Assembly (NCBI GenBank): GCA_000165425.1
Contig: CT868654.1
Coordinates: forward strand, 62,001-126,000
DNA length: 64,000 nt
DNA from: Paramecium tetraurelia
Taxonomy: Eukaryota
Direction of reading: 5' to 3'
The position numbers and the translations under genes are program-made. Below, piece by piece: positions 27,529-40,699 of the stretch. The notes below the pieces were generated by a model. The model saw only the letters and a program-made list of their open reading frames with translations, ran no database searches and was not told where the DNA came from. Within the stretch, counting starts at the first letter, position 1; each line of letters starts with the position of its first letter.

Positions 27529-28618
27529 ATGAGTGATCACGAAAACTCAAATATCGAAGAAGTCATTACTAAGATTAAAAGCCTACCTGTTGCTGAAAGA
27601 GTCAAAGCAGTCGCTCTCTTTTATCACTTAAAACGCAAACAACAATACGAAGAGGAGTTGGAAGAACAAGTTTAGAAACTCACTATTGAATATGATCACT
27701 TGAATCTCCCTCTCTATTAGAAGGTAAGAATTTAAATTCTATTTCTTCTTAAAGTAAAACGAATTGATTCTTGGATAAAGAGCTGCCACTGATATTGAAC
27801 TATCTAGTTCAGATAAATTCTTAAGTGAAGCAGAAAAAGCACTTGTAAATGAGAACAACACAGCTGAACCCATCGATGACTATTGGTACAAGGCACTCAA
27901 AAATTCAGTTGTTATTGGTAAATATCATTTTGATTGTGTTTAGCGGATGTATGTTAAGACAATGAGAAGGATTGGGATGTGTTGAAATCACTCACTAAAG
28001 TAGAATTAGATCTTGAAGAAAACAGTCACAATTTCACTGTCAAACTCACCTTCGCCCCCAATGATTACTTTACTAATACAGTTCTAACTAAGAAATTCAT
28101 ATTTGAGAAGGCAGGAGAGACTCCAGTGAAAAGTGAATCAACTCACATAGAATGGAAGGAAGGCAAGAATGTCACTCAAAAGAAGGTTTCTAAGAAATAA
28201 AAGAACAAGAAAACTGGATAATCTAGAACTGTTGATAAAGTTGTTGATGCTCAAAGTTTCTTTGGATTCTTCAAAGATTTCGATCTTACAAATAAGAAAG
28301 ATCTTGATGATGAAGAAGCTGAAAAATAAGAAGATTTAATGAATGAACACTTTGACATTGCTACAGAATTCCTTGATTCCATTGTTCCATGCTCATTGGA
28401 ATTGTTCTTAGGGTTACAACCAGAAATGGCTGAAATAGATGATGATGATGAAAATGACGATGAAGATGATGAGGACGACGATGATGATGAAGATGACAAA
28501 AAAAAATCAGTATTCTATTATAATTATCAATTATTAGAAAAGAAAGAAGTCAAGCAGCAGCAAGGGTGATAAGAATGAAAGTAAGAAGACAGAAAAGCCA
28601 GAATGCAAATAATAATGA
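27529..28618 (+). CDS. NAP1: Nucleosome assembly protein 1
   Basis: IDDYWYKALKN, FAPNDYFTNTVLTK, IEWKEGKNVT, SFFGFF, acidic tail, ends ECKQQ (GAA TGC AAA TAA TAA TGA). Confidence 0.95.
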
Positions 28619-29046
28619 TGATCTATGTGTTGATATAAATTAAAATAGATAATCTTCATTAATTATAATCTCCTCTTTATTGCATCTATTCATCTGCTTT
28701 TCTACTTGTATAAGAGTTTTTTCTATCAAATAATATTATAGAATTTCAAATATTTCAAACAACTTCGAATTATTAAACTAACTATGAATTTTTTGAGAAT
28801 TGTTATTATTATAAAATCTAAAGCAAAAGCTCATATCTTAAGTATTTAAAACAAATGTTTATTATTAAGTTTATGACTAGTAGTTGATAAATAATTATTT
28901 AAAAAATATAAGATTTAATTCTTTTTAATTGAACTTAATAGAATTTGAATTATTTATTTGAACCATATCAATTGTGTCAAAGAAGTACTGAGACTAGTCT
29001 TTCCAGAGATTATGTTGTATTATTTAAGTTGCATATTTAATATATA

Positions 29047-29382
29047 TCATAAGATATTGTAATATGCCTTATTTCCATAAGCCCCTTTAGTCTAATTTGA
29101 ATATGCCCATTATCCTGGTCCAGCCACACTCTATTTTTAGCCTAATTTGCCAACTGTTGTTGCTGTGTGTCTTTTAGTCGGGTGATAGAACATACTTAGA
29201 ACTTGACCATTTTGTAAATAATGATTTCCATCTAAATACATGATCCAAACACTTCCTTCTGCAGGTTAGGAAATAGAATAACAAGTAGCATCAAAGTACG
29301 ATCCTATTATTTATCTCATTAGTTTTATTCCATCCTCAATAAGAGCTTCGGTAACTTATGCTACAATGATTCCTTTTATCAT
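29047..29382 (-). CDS. 111-aa protein with lactococcin 972-family bacteriocin-like C-terminal domain
   Basis: MIKGIIVAQVTEALIEDGIKLMRQIIGSYFDATCYSISQPAEGSVWIMYLDGNHYLQNGQVLSMFYHPTKRHTATTVGKLGQKQSVAGPGQWAYSNQTKGAYGNKAYYNIL*; intronless, ATG 29382, TGA 29049-29047. Confidence 0.75.
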
Positions 29383-29578
29383 TTCTATTACTATTATTAT
29401 AATCTATAATGATAATTGAAACTTCTTATAAATTATAAATCTCACATAAATCTTATTATAAAGTTTAATGAAATATTTAAGTCGTATTATATTTGCATGA
29501 AAATTTATTTAAATTATTATATTATTTGAGGCAGAAATAATTAATAGTAGGTTTTATTAAGAAATAAATTTTATTTCA

Positions 29579-30221
29579 ATGTAATCAAGTGTTCAAAAAT
29601 CTTCGATTGTCAAAAGAAGCACTGTTTTGAATCAGTCTTAAGCTTTTACAACAGCTACTCGTACGAGTTCTGCATTTAAAGACAGCAGTGATAAAAAAGA
29701 ATTAAGAAGGTAAGTTCTAGTGATCGATAATATAGGTACCCTACAGAGTGGGTGGAATAAATAGATAACAAATCAGATAACAAATTTCATCACACAATTT
29801 TGAATAAAAGCAAGGAAGATCATAATCCCAATTTGGCATCACCCAGCAAAATATTTGGAATTCAAGATGGGTACTATGTATTGCACTAATTAAAAGGAAT
29901 AACCCAAGTAGATTTCACACTTAGAATGATGATATGTTATCTGCATTTAGAAGAAAGAACTAATCACTTGGAAATTTGGGAAGTTGGTAATTTTAATCTC
30001 CATCCACTTAATCTACTGCAAAAGACAATAGCAAAACCATAATCCATTCATTTTCAAAAAGACTAGATCAAGCTGTACCATTATCTGAATTATTGGAAAT
30101 CTCAAGACAATTGGATTGTTCATAACCAGAGGAAATTAAATAATTATCAAGAGGCTACGTCAATGAGCTTTTCTCATTGTCATAAAAAATAGATAGGGCA
30201 CTTAGAAATATTAGCAGATGA
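29579..30221 (+). CDS. Hypothetical protein
   Basis: ATG 29579, short introns near 29710-29736 and 29870-29896, TGA 30219-30221. Confidence 0.65.
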
Positions 30222-30349
30222 GCAAATATAATCTATATAAGTTTATATATCATTTCAAGAGTTCTTTTTATATCATTTACTATATTTGTGGTTTCTCATT
30301 ATAGTATATTAGTTATGAATTTAATATATGCTTAATTAAGGGAGATATC

Positions 30350-30700
30350 CATTATAAATTTATTAACCATATTATTGAAGATGTTGATATTATGATATAA
30401 AAACTTTATTATTTGCTCAAAAAAAGAATTGAGAATGGAAGTTTTAACACTAGCTGAGTTTTATAGATTAATTGTTATTAAATATAAATTCCAGTTGCCA
30501 TTTAGATGCAAGATTACATATCATTGACAAAATATTCAAGGGATTATAGCTAAATCAATTTATTATATCAACAGTCATCGTTCTCATAATATCCATATTG
30601 ATTTAAAATACTAATTCATTAAATTTTAGAAAGATAAATGAAAAAATACATTTATTAATTTATAAATTGGAGACTTTGAAAATAGAAAAGATACCTTAAG
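30350..30700 (+). pseudogene. Probable decayed protein kinase remnant
   Basis: One frame reads IYYINSHRSHNIHIDLKYQFIKFQKDK*KNTFINLQIGDFE, resembling IHRDLK...KIGDFG, with an internal TGA. Confidence 0.4.
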
Positions 30701-31011
30701 AAGCAATTCATTAAGCTTCGATCTTTTTTTGCAAAATTTATATAAAAATATTAAGTTGTATTAGAAAAAGTATAAAACATGTAAATTGATGACGTATAAC
30801 TGATACAAACTAAATTCAAGCAACCTCATTGTTTGCTGCATTATCAACTTAGTAATAGTAAATTGAGAAATATATCTATAAATATGAAATATAACATTTT
30901 ATGAAGTTGAAAAGGTTTCACATCAGAGTGATATTGATAAGATACAATTTAAAAATAGATTGTTCAATTTTAGTTTATTTTAATTCGTAATTACATAAAA
31001 TATATAACAAT

Positions 31012-34000
31012 ATGAGAAGAGAAAAATAAATGCGGGTACAGACATTGACTGATGAGTATTTATCTCCTGTAAAGCTACCCTCTGTGTAGTAGATCAATAA
31101 GACTATATAAGGAGAGGATGGGACTGTATGAGTATTAGTAAAAAGATAGATTTTTGCAATGAATCAGTTAATGAGCAGAGCAAACATCGGAACAAGTAAT
31201 AAGGCTTTTAGAACCTTATAAAAGATCACAAATGATTAGAGTGAAAGAAAGGATTTGCAGTTATTATAATAATGGACTGATGTATGTAATTTCGATAATT
31301 ATTAAGTCTATGGTGCAGCAGATTCAAAAGCAGCATTTTTATAGTATAACTGAGTTCTATGATAAAATGGAGTTGATTTATTCAGGTTCAATAGGATAGC
31401 TTTGCCAATAGTTATCTGTGAAATGCAATGACTATTCCTAATTGATTGATAAGATATGGACTCAATTTACAGGCACTGTTAAGGAGATTATCGATAAATA
31501 GTCTAGAACAAATCGTAAATTGGAAAAGGAGAGTTTAGCTGGAACAATTAAGATACATGAGAGGTACTAGAACTCAATGACTGAGAAGGTATAACGATTG
31601 TAAGAAGCAGAAAAATAATTGAAGCGTAATACAGAATATGTGGAGAAATTGAATAAGGAGAACAAATATCTACGCAAGAAGACAAACACATATCAAACAC
31701 AGATTACAAGTCTTAATAACGACATTGAACTGTTGAAATTGCAATTACAGGATCTGAACAAAGAGAACGAGACATATAAGTTATTTTAGTAAGTCAGACA
31801 TTCTACTGAGAATGTGACAGCAGATTATGAGGAGGAATTATATAAAGCAAAGAAAGAGATATTCGATGATTTTAAGTTAGTGTTTGAAGAATAGACTCGC
31901 AAGTTCGAAGAAGCATATCATAATAAAATGTTAGAATTAGAGAGAGGACATGACGATAAAGCTTAAAAGGATGAGAACTTGATGGAAGAATACGAAGAGA
32001 TTCTCTTTAAAGATAAATGTGTTGGCAATCATATGGACTTTGCAGATTCACAAACAGACACCATCGAGTATATTAGAATATATATTAATGTAGTTTAATC
32101 TAAACCTAGGATTGTTCCGTTTAAACTATTCATTAGAAGAAAAAAATCTATGATTAGGGGACTCAGACTTTGCCTCCTTAATAATGTAATTAAGCTTGTG
32201 AAGCAAATTATGCAATTAATCAAGATCGAGAGTGTATTCCCAGGAACAGTGAGGAATAAACTTATTTGGAAATGTCTCGATATCCGATCAAAGCTTTCAT
32301 TGATGACTACTATCAATTGTATATAGAGAAAGTCGAAATTGAAAAGAAGACATTTCCTAATGTGTTTGAAAGTGTTCTCGACCAACTCAAATTTAGGTCA
32401 TCTTAGTTGTTTAATATTATGAAAATGAAGGAAGAATTCTTTTCAGATGATTTCTATGAGGTAGACAAATATTTTTAGAGTTCTTATTCTGTGTTTGTGT
32501 TATTAACTCATCACTTTCAAGATATCATTTAAAAGTTGAAGGATGAATTGGTTGCTCGTAAAATTTAGATCTTTGAAACTCAAATTGATTTTAAATAGGC
32601 TGTTCGATAAAAGAATTAAAATCAAAAGAGGTTTGAAATCCTGAGTAACAAATACTAATAGTAAGTCAAGAATTACAATTTTATTGAGAAGCAATTTAAA
32701 TCAATCTCCAGATTCATTCCTCAGTACCATCAGGATTAAATACGTCGTAAGGCCTAAAAACATAAAATTCATTTGGAATTTCCAAAAGCATTTTCTCCTA
32801 TTCCTAACGCTATGATGATAAGTACTAATAATTTAAACAATCTGAATCCTCCAGCACAATAAGCATTTATGAATAGTTCAACCACACTGTTACCTCCTTA
32901 ACATTAAAGTACCAGTCCAAATTTATTGTTAACTGGAAATCCTAAAAATTCATTTGGATTCTTTCCCCCAATGACTCCTCTTGAACACTAAGAAAGTAGC
33001 ATACCTTAACGTAATTCCTTAATTGAATTGAGTTGTGATTCGCCAGAGCCACCTGAGTAGTTTTCACCTCAAAAAACCACAAATCACATTAAATTGTACC
33101 TCTTTAATTATATCAAAGTCTTTCCTGATAATAAATTCGAAGAGTCATCCAGTTCTTCAGAAGAAGAGGTCGATTTATCTGAATGTTTGAATTCCTGTAA
33201 AGAATCTACTGTCAATCGAAAAGAAATTGTTTGTGAATAGATGTCCAAGCAAAAATACTTCGATTGCAACTCAAACTCTTTTATAAGAGATTCAATAATT
33301 CAGAAGAGATAAAATAGAAAATATTGTAACTCAAAGTACATTGATGAAAACACTATCAAGTTTTGCGTCCTGGTGCTTAAAGTTCAATAAATTCAATTAC
33401 CCCATGCACGTCTAATTATATGAGTATTTTTCTAGTGAGAATCAATCATAACCCTAAAATGTATGGTTAGGCAAAGTGGCTAGAGTAATTAAATCAGTAA
33501 TCTATTACAAAAGAAAGAATGACTCAGCCAGACTATTTCATGCGATGTTGGTCGGAGATGTATTTAATAAATGCTATATAATTATTAGTTAAGCTTCCTG
33601 ATTTACTTATAGATCTTGAGCACTATTTCAAATGTAAACTTTTAAGACACTGGTATTTCAATTCTACAATCCCAATTGGCCGATCAAATTAAGAGTGTAC
33701 AGAGACTGCCTCAATATATTGATTATGATCAAGAGATCTCCCATCATCTAGGACCTATGTAAGATATCAAAATTCAAGAATTGCTCCTTAAGTATTCTAT
33801 GATCTTGCAAATTTTTGCAGATGAGGGCGAGAGACTAACTTAGAATTAATTCAGATTGATTATGCTTGAACTTGAAAACAAGAAAGACGAACAATATTAC
33901 ATCAACATGTTTAATTCTGAATGTGATATAGAATAATCATCTATACAATACATGTCCTTTTAAAGATTTGCTGTGATTTGTGAAGAATTTCAATTACTAT

Positions 34001-34275
34001 AGGGATTGGAAGAATACTTAGCTAAAAATGATGCCTAATATTTTAAGGATACCGATCTATGGAAAGTGAGGGAAATAGAATTAAAGTTGATGCTGATTAG
34101 AAGTCATAATTATGATGCATCTGAGAGAGATCTCTTTTTTAGAATGCACAAACTGCATCAACCATCATAACGCATAATATTGGGGAGGTTCTTGGAAAGA
34201 AGAGCCAAAGAGTTATTACTCTAGAAATATACATTAGAGTGCTTGGCACCATTTATGTTACTTTTCGAATCATGA
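31012..34275 (+). CDS. Large hypothetical protein with coiled-coil N-terminal half
   Basis: ATG 31012, several short introns, ends APFMLLFES-TGA at 34273-34275. Confidence 0.7.
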
Positions 34276-37200
34276 TTATAATGAAAATTAATTAGTTAAA
34301 ATCAAACTAAATATTTAGGTTATTGTTAGGTTATCTTTGATGGGGATGAAAGCATTGACATCTTTGTATAGGTTGTTATGGAAAAAGTTATACACTGCCT
34401 TTTACTATTTCAATTTCTTTAGTGTAATAGTCTTGGCATCATTAGCTCTTCTCAATTTATCTACATCATCAGATGTTATGAACTGTTCAGCTTTCTAATC
34501 TTAAGGCTTCTCATTTTTTTGTAAGATCTATAAATGTACCAAATTCATACTTTCAAAAACGTTTACTTCTCCTATTTCTTAATTCTTACTTCATTCAATT
34601 TAATTGAGCATTCTTAGACTTCCAGATTTAATTCATTCTATTTTGTTAAATGACCTAGAAATTCATCGAATGTTGGGTTGTTGTAAGTATTGGCAATTCC
34701 TAAAGTGTTAAGATGTCTAATCTATTCTAAAATGTGTGAATCTATTTGATCACTAACATCTCCTTTTGGTTTGAGTGATAATCTATATCCAGGAGTGATC
34801 ATTCTGTTGGATGGCATTTATTCCAACATCAGTCTAGTCTGAGTTTCACGTAGTTTATCCTACTATTATAAATTATTATTAATCGAATATTGATGTCTCA
34901 AATTCTTATTCTGATCTTATATATCAAATGTAACTTTAATCTTATAATCTGTATTCATATTCAAATTGATATTTCCATTAGTGTTCATATTTTTTTGACT
35001 AGCTTAACTCAAATCCTTCATTGTCATAAACTATTTAGAAATAGGCTGTTTTTGTTATTATTATTTAATAGGTTCTACCTTATTCTTTTGCTTGTAAACC
35101 CCTAACTTATCACTCAATTCCTTTATTATTTACTTATATTCATTTATCATCCTATCCAAATTCTTGCAATGTCTAAATAATTGCTACACTCTCTCTTCAT
35201 TCTAATCTTAATTGAATTGACATAACTTTAAAACTGTCTGCATTCTTTTCATTTCATTCTAAACTCCCTACAAATTGTCCATCTACTTCTTCAATTCATC
35301 TCCCTAAGTCTTGGTTTAGTCATTCAATCTATAAGCTTCAATTGTAGCCTCTTGGGGGTATAGATTCTACTTAACTGTTTACAACTCCTTCAACTTGTTC
35401 TTCAACTGTTAGCTAATAAATAATTTTAAATGTTCGTACTTCTAATACTATAATTAATTGTATTTCTTAACATAGAGCACCTTCTTTTTGTTCTCAGCCA
35501 ATTCCCTTCTACCTGTAGAAGGAGCCCTATCAATACTTTTTTCTAAAGACTGATTAAATCTTCGAACAGGCTCATCCTTATTCACTGTGGGACTATAATA
35601 GCGTTGTTTTATTTCAGGCAATTTGTGAATAGATTTATCCTTAGAACTCTTAGCATTGATAACCAATCGAATTGCCTTTTGATTAATCTATATTTCTTCC
35701 TGAATGGACATATATTAGGTAGAGTCTTTCCCATAGAACTGCATAAGTTTGGAGAAGTTATTTTTCTAAGTTAATGCCAACCATGGAAATTGAACCCATA
35801 ACCATCTCTTATAATAATAGGGATTTGGAACTTTGGAAGTGGATAACAATTTCTCTCTTAAGAAGTCTTATTTGGTTTGTAAGTATTCTTATAAAACGTT
35901 TGAATCAAATTAGGATTGATAATAATTAATGAAGCTATCCCGATTGTTTTTAATGTCCAAATTAAGATTCTCCAATTAGACAGTACTCATTATGGTTGGG
36001 AAATAATCTTCATTCAATTGTTACTTTGGTTTCTTCTTGGACAGCATTTTTAATTGACTTAATTCCCCATATAATCCAACCTCCTCGAATTCTATTGATT
36101 GACCTCTCAGTAATGGATGTTTATAGGCAGGAGTGCCATCTCTATTGGATAGGGAATTAAATAGTACTTCTCGAAGTTGGAAAATTCTCTTAGAAAAATG
36201 CAAATTTATAACATTATGAAGAAGAGTCCTTCAGTCGTAGGCTTATAGATAGCCTGGAAGTTCTCGACAGCCTTATTATATTCCATAACCAAATCATATC
36301 CATTTTGTTCAAGCATTTCCCATAACTAACATAATTCAAATTTATTGTAGGGATTCCAAAGAATGAGGAAATGCTCAATATTAATTATGATTTCTTTGAG
36401 TTTAAAATACTTTTTGTTTTTACTATATTGTTGAATGAGTTCTTCCAATTTTCTGGTTGAGTTGGTTGAATGTTCAATAATCAATAAATATTAATCATAA
36501 AGGTTTTTGTTAAATTAGATTTATTAAATTGCCTATCTCATAGTAAGGATATAGATAGAATAGACAAGATTCTTCTCTAGGAAACAGATCTATGTGATAC
36601 TCATGTAGTGTTACCTTGAAAAAATCATAGACTTTGATGAATTGTTCTTGAGTGCATGAACAACTGGCCATCACTTCATCTATTGAGATACCTTTATTAA
36701 CATAAGAAAGAACACAAAAGATGGATGAGGCAATGGCATTGTGATGACAAAACTAATTAATAAGGATAGTAAAGAACTCTACTTCAGTCTGAAATTCTAT
36801 TTTAATTAATGAGCTATTAAATTATACTTTCTGCCTATTATAACACCTCTGAAACTAATTATGCATATTCATCTAAAGGATTGCTTAGGATGGTGTGGAA
36901 GATTTTGAGAAAGTGCAACTGACAACGCAATTATTCAGGAACAAGCATTAGGGCATTATGAATTTGAGGGTTTTGTCTAATTAGATCCCAAATTTCTATG
37001 CTCTCATTTTCACTAGAATGATACAGTAAGATATACATTGGAATTATGGGGTTACCAATAGATTAATAGTATTCATAAGCTTTACTGCCAAATCTGGCTG
37101 AAGCTATGAGTTTGATATTATCAGGCAGTATTTTGGGCAACCAAGATGACACTCTAACCTCGCCACCACTATAAAACTTATCTATGCCTTGAATAACGAT

Positions 37201-37770
37201 AATGACCCTCAATAATACTATATGATATACTCGTTTGTATGCTACTTTACAATCACTGTATAGTTGATTGCCCAATTCTCTTGAACATAGGTTCAACCAA
37301 TATTCAAAATACTATTTTAATTTCTCACTCTCTAATTCAACTTTTTAGGTGATATTAAAGACAGCCTATGTATTCAATATAAGTACTCTTAATTTAGTTA
37401 AAATGTAATAAATGGCATAATAATGGTTTTAGTTCTCGTGCTCAACAATATATGGAATAATTAGGTCTCTCTTAATTCTTTAATAATGCTTACATTTCTT
37501 TGTTGATGTTCTTGAATCCAATATGCGATCATTGTCTATAAATCATCTCCCTCTTTTTCGTGAATCAAAAGCACTTTATTTTGCTACAATAAAGATAAAC
37601 CTAACATTTTACTTTGACTTTATAAAATTATTCTTCAATACGGAAATGGAACTGTTCCAGTCCCTCTGGACGCATCATGGTAAGACATTTCTCAAGGATG
37701 ACTTCGGATTTGCTATTGATGATAGGTCGATTTACCTAATGGCTTACTCAAGTTCAAATTAATTTTCCAT
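34270..37770 (-). CDS. Large protein with degenerate NACHT-like region and C-terminal coiled coil
   Basis: VIIVIQGIDKF...SWLPKILPDNIKLIASA resembles NACHT Walker-B/WLP motifs; several short introns; 3' end depends on the intron model. Confidence 0.6.
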
Positions 37771-37808
37771 TTTAAAAATTAAAAATAATATATACACAAA
37801 GGAGGACT

Positions 37809-39762
37809 TCAGACTATATTATACTATCTAAATATTAGAATAGATATATCATAAGCTGCTTTAAACGTAGATCACAAATTTTTGCTTAAACTCTATTTGA
37901 CTTATTAAATCGCAGGTTCTCTACAATCTTCTTGTTAATGCAATGAATCTTCTTCATTAACTAGCTACTATTATTATTGTTATTTGTATTTTTAGAGGAA
38001 ATTCAAAGATTCTTATCTCTTGTGTTTAGACAAGCCTTCTTTCATTTTTTATTATTGTTTCGTCCCATCTCCAGGGGAATCTATACATAAGTCAATAATA
38101 AACATAAATACCATCGATGCTTTCTACTCTTCCAGTTATGACTGGAGTGTGCATAATCATCTGTTCTTGCAATTAGACACTTTCCTTCATCTGCTCCTTC
38201 ATCGCCTGAGTTTGTGTGGCTTTAATGTTTGGAGATCTAATTGGAGAATTAGTGAGCTGATTTATACGCATCATATCAAACTTGTTATTAAGATCATTAA
38301 TCTTTTGTAGTCTCTAATCCAATTAACAACTATCATCAATGTCAATGTTGTCGTCTTCAAATTAAGCAATATTTGGTATATGATAAGGGTTGAAGTAATT
38401 GTGTTGCAAAGCCTCTTCTGCTGTGATCCTTAGTTTGGGATCAGCCTCCAGCATTCTTTTTAAAAGATTCAAAGCTGCCTTTGGAATTATGTCAAATGCT
38501 GATGACTTCCATTGTATCTTAGCCTCCTTGTTCTGATTCACTATTGTAGTATAACTACGTCCAGTGAAGGCTGGCTTTCCAGTGAGTAGTAAATGGAATA
38601 CTAACCCCAAGGAATAGATGTCACAAACCTTATCATATTTGGTTGTGAGATCTTTGATGTTGATCACTTCGGGTGCCACAAATCTAATATATATATATGG
38701 TTCACTATATACCCTGGAGTGCCACATCTACAATACAAATACACTTCCTCATTAACATAGGTAGCCAATCCAAAATCTGCCAGACATACAGACTCTATTT
38801 GATTAGGCTTTTTGAATAAGATATTTTCTAATTTGATATCTCTATGCATGATATCCTTTGAGTGAACATGTTTGAGACCTATTTTATATAAATGTTAGAA
38901 AGTACCTTCCAGTAATCCCTTAATTATAGTTAAGATCTCTTTATTTGAGAATATGACTTTTTTCTTCAATTATTCGTATAATTGGCCGCCTTCCAACAAT
39001 TCCAAACAGACATATAGTGAATTGCTTGTCTCATGAACTTCATGCAATTTGATGATATTTGGATGATCCAATTATCGCATCAACTTAATTTCATTCATTA
39101 ATCCTTCTTTTCCATTCTCTTCTGCATATGCCACACTTTTAGAAAATGCCTTAATAGCCATCTACTGCCCATCCTCTACTCTCTCAGCCAAATAAACTGA
39201 AGCAAAGTTTCCCTTTCCAATCCTCTTAAAAACCTTGAACAAGTGATGGAACCCATACTAATTGATTCGTTTCCCCAAGAACCACCTCCATTATGTTAGG
39301 ACCAAGGAATGAGCAACCAACTCATACCTGTGGTCTTCATCTCGAAATATCCATAACCCAGTCGGCTCCCCAAGTTTCTCAATATTTTCGCTCTTCACTT
39401 AATCAGCTCTTGCACTTCCAGAGAGCTTAATTACTTGACACCCTGGTTTCATCTTTGGAGCTGTTCGCACCATCTCAAATTTCAGATCAAAGTCAATCAT
39501 AGTATACTTTTTAGGCTTTTTGAATTGGGGGTCCTTAAGTTTAAACTCTAATTGAAACCTCGTATATCATCAGCATTGTCTCACTCCCCCCTAAATAACG
39601 AAGCTTCCCCTTTCTCTAAAATTCCGACTTTATCAAAAGCTCTCCGATCTTAACATCTTCCTTATAAGCATTCCAAAACATTGTTTTCATTTTTATGATA
39701 GATTATTTTATCAATTATTTTCTTAGAACACCATATTCATCCTGTGATACGCTCATAATCAT
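37809..39762 (-). CDS. CAMK-group Ser/Thr kinase with N-terminal PH-like region
   Basis: IGKGNFASVY, MAIKAF, MHRDIKLENILF, ADFGLA, CGTPGFVAPE, CDIYSLG; 3' end approximate. Confidence 0.9.
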
Positions 39763-40021
39763 TTAAATTTATATGACCTCCAATCATACCTACTTTACTA
39801 AGAGAATTCTTTTGTTTTATACCAAGATATTATGGTCAAATATGGACTGGTCAAAAAAATTGTATCACTTTATCGTTAAATATTTTTTGAACAAATTGCT
39901 ATCGTACTCTCATTAAAACCAAGGACTTTAATTATTATACACACTTAAACACATAAAAAAACACTCTATTTATGTTCCAATTTTAAATAATAGTTAATAA
40001 TATATATTTTAATAAATTCAA

Positions 40022-40287
40022 ATGAGTGAGAGAGGTTAATAAATGTCAGAGGATCCATCTACAAAAGAGTTAAACAACTTTGTGTAAACACTCCTCAAAC
40101 AAATGCAAGATCGATTTGATGAAATGCAAGGCACTATTGTTTCTAGAATTGATGATATGGGTAATCAATCTAAATCTAATCTATTCTCTTAGGAAAGCGA
40201 ATTGATGACATTGAGAAAAGTGTGACAGAACTCATGAACGATCTAGGATTCTCAGATGATGAAAATGAAAAAGTAAAATAGTTATGA
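40022..40287 (+). CDS. HSBP1: Heat shock factor-binding protein 1
   Basis: ELNNFVQTLLKQMQDRFDEMQGTIVSRIDDMGKRIDDIEKSVTELM; intron 40161-40192. Confidence 0.93.
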
Positions 40288-40699
40288 ATTTTTATATAAA
40301 CCTTACATCATCAATGCATTTACAACACATCTCTTGCTAATCCATCTGTTCTTAATTATAATAATTAGAGTAGATTTCCAATCAACATTCCATGAAGTTA
40401 ATAATTAAAAATTAAGCATTAATGCTTTATACTATCTTGGCCAGATGTCTGATACCTAATTTGCGTTGTATAGGATTTAAAGGACTCAAATTAATAGTTA
40501 TCTCATGAAATCCTTTTATGAGAATAGTCTAATTATATAAAATATTTTTTTCGTTATTCATATTTTATTTGTTCTTAATAAATATACCTAAAGTTTGAAC
40601 TAAAAGATAGATTATACGTTTAAATATTATTTGATAAAACAATAAACATGAAAAGTAATAGATTTCATAAAATTTTACATTAACAACATTGTAAAATGT

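Noticed and set aside
28251..28499. Poly-Ser ORF in the track
   Set aside because: Antisense shadow of the NAP1 acidic (GAT/GAA) tail.
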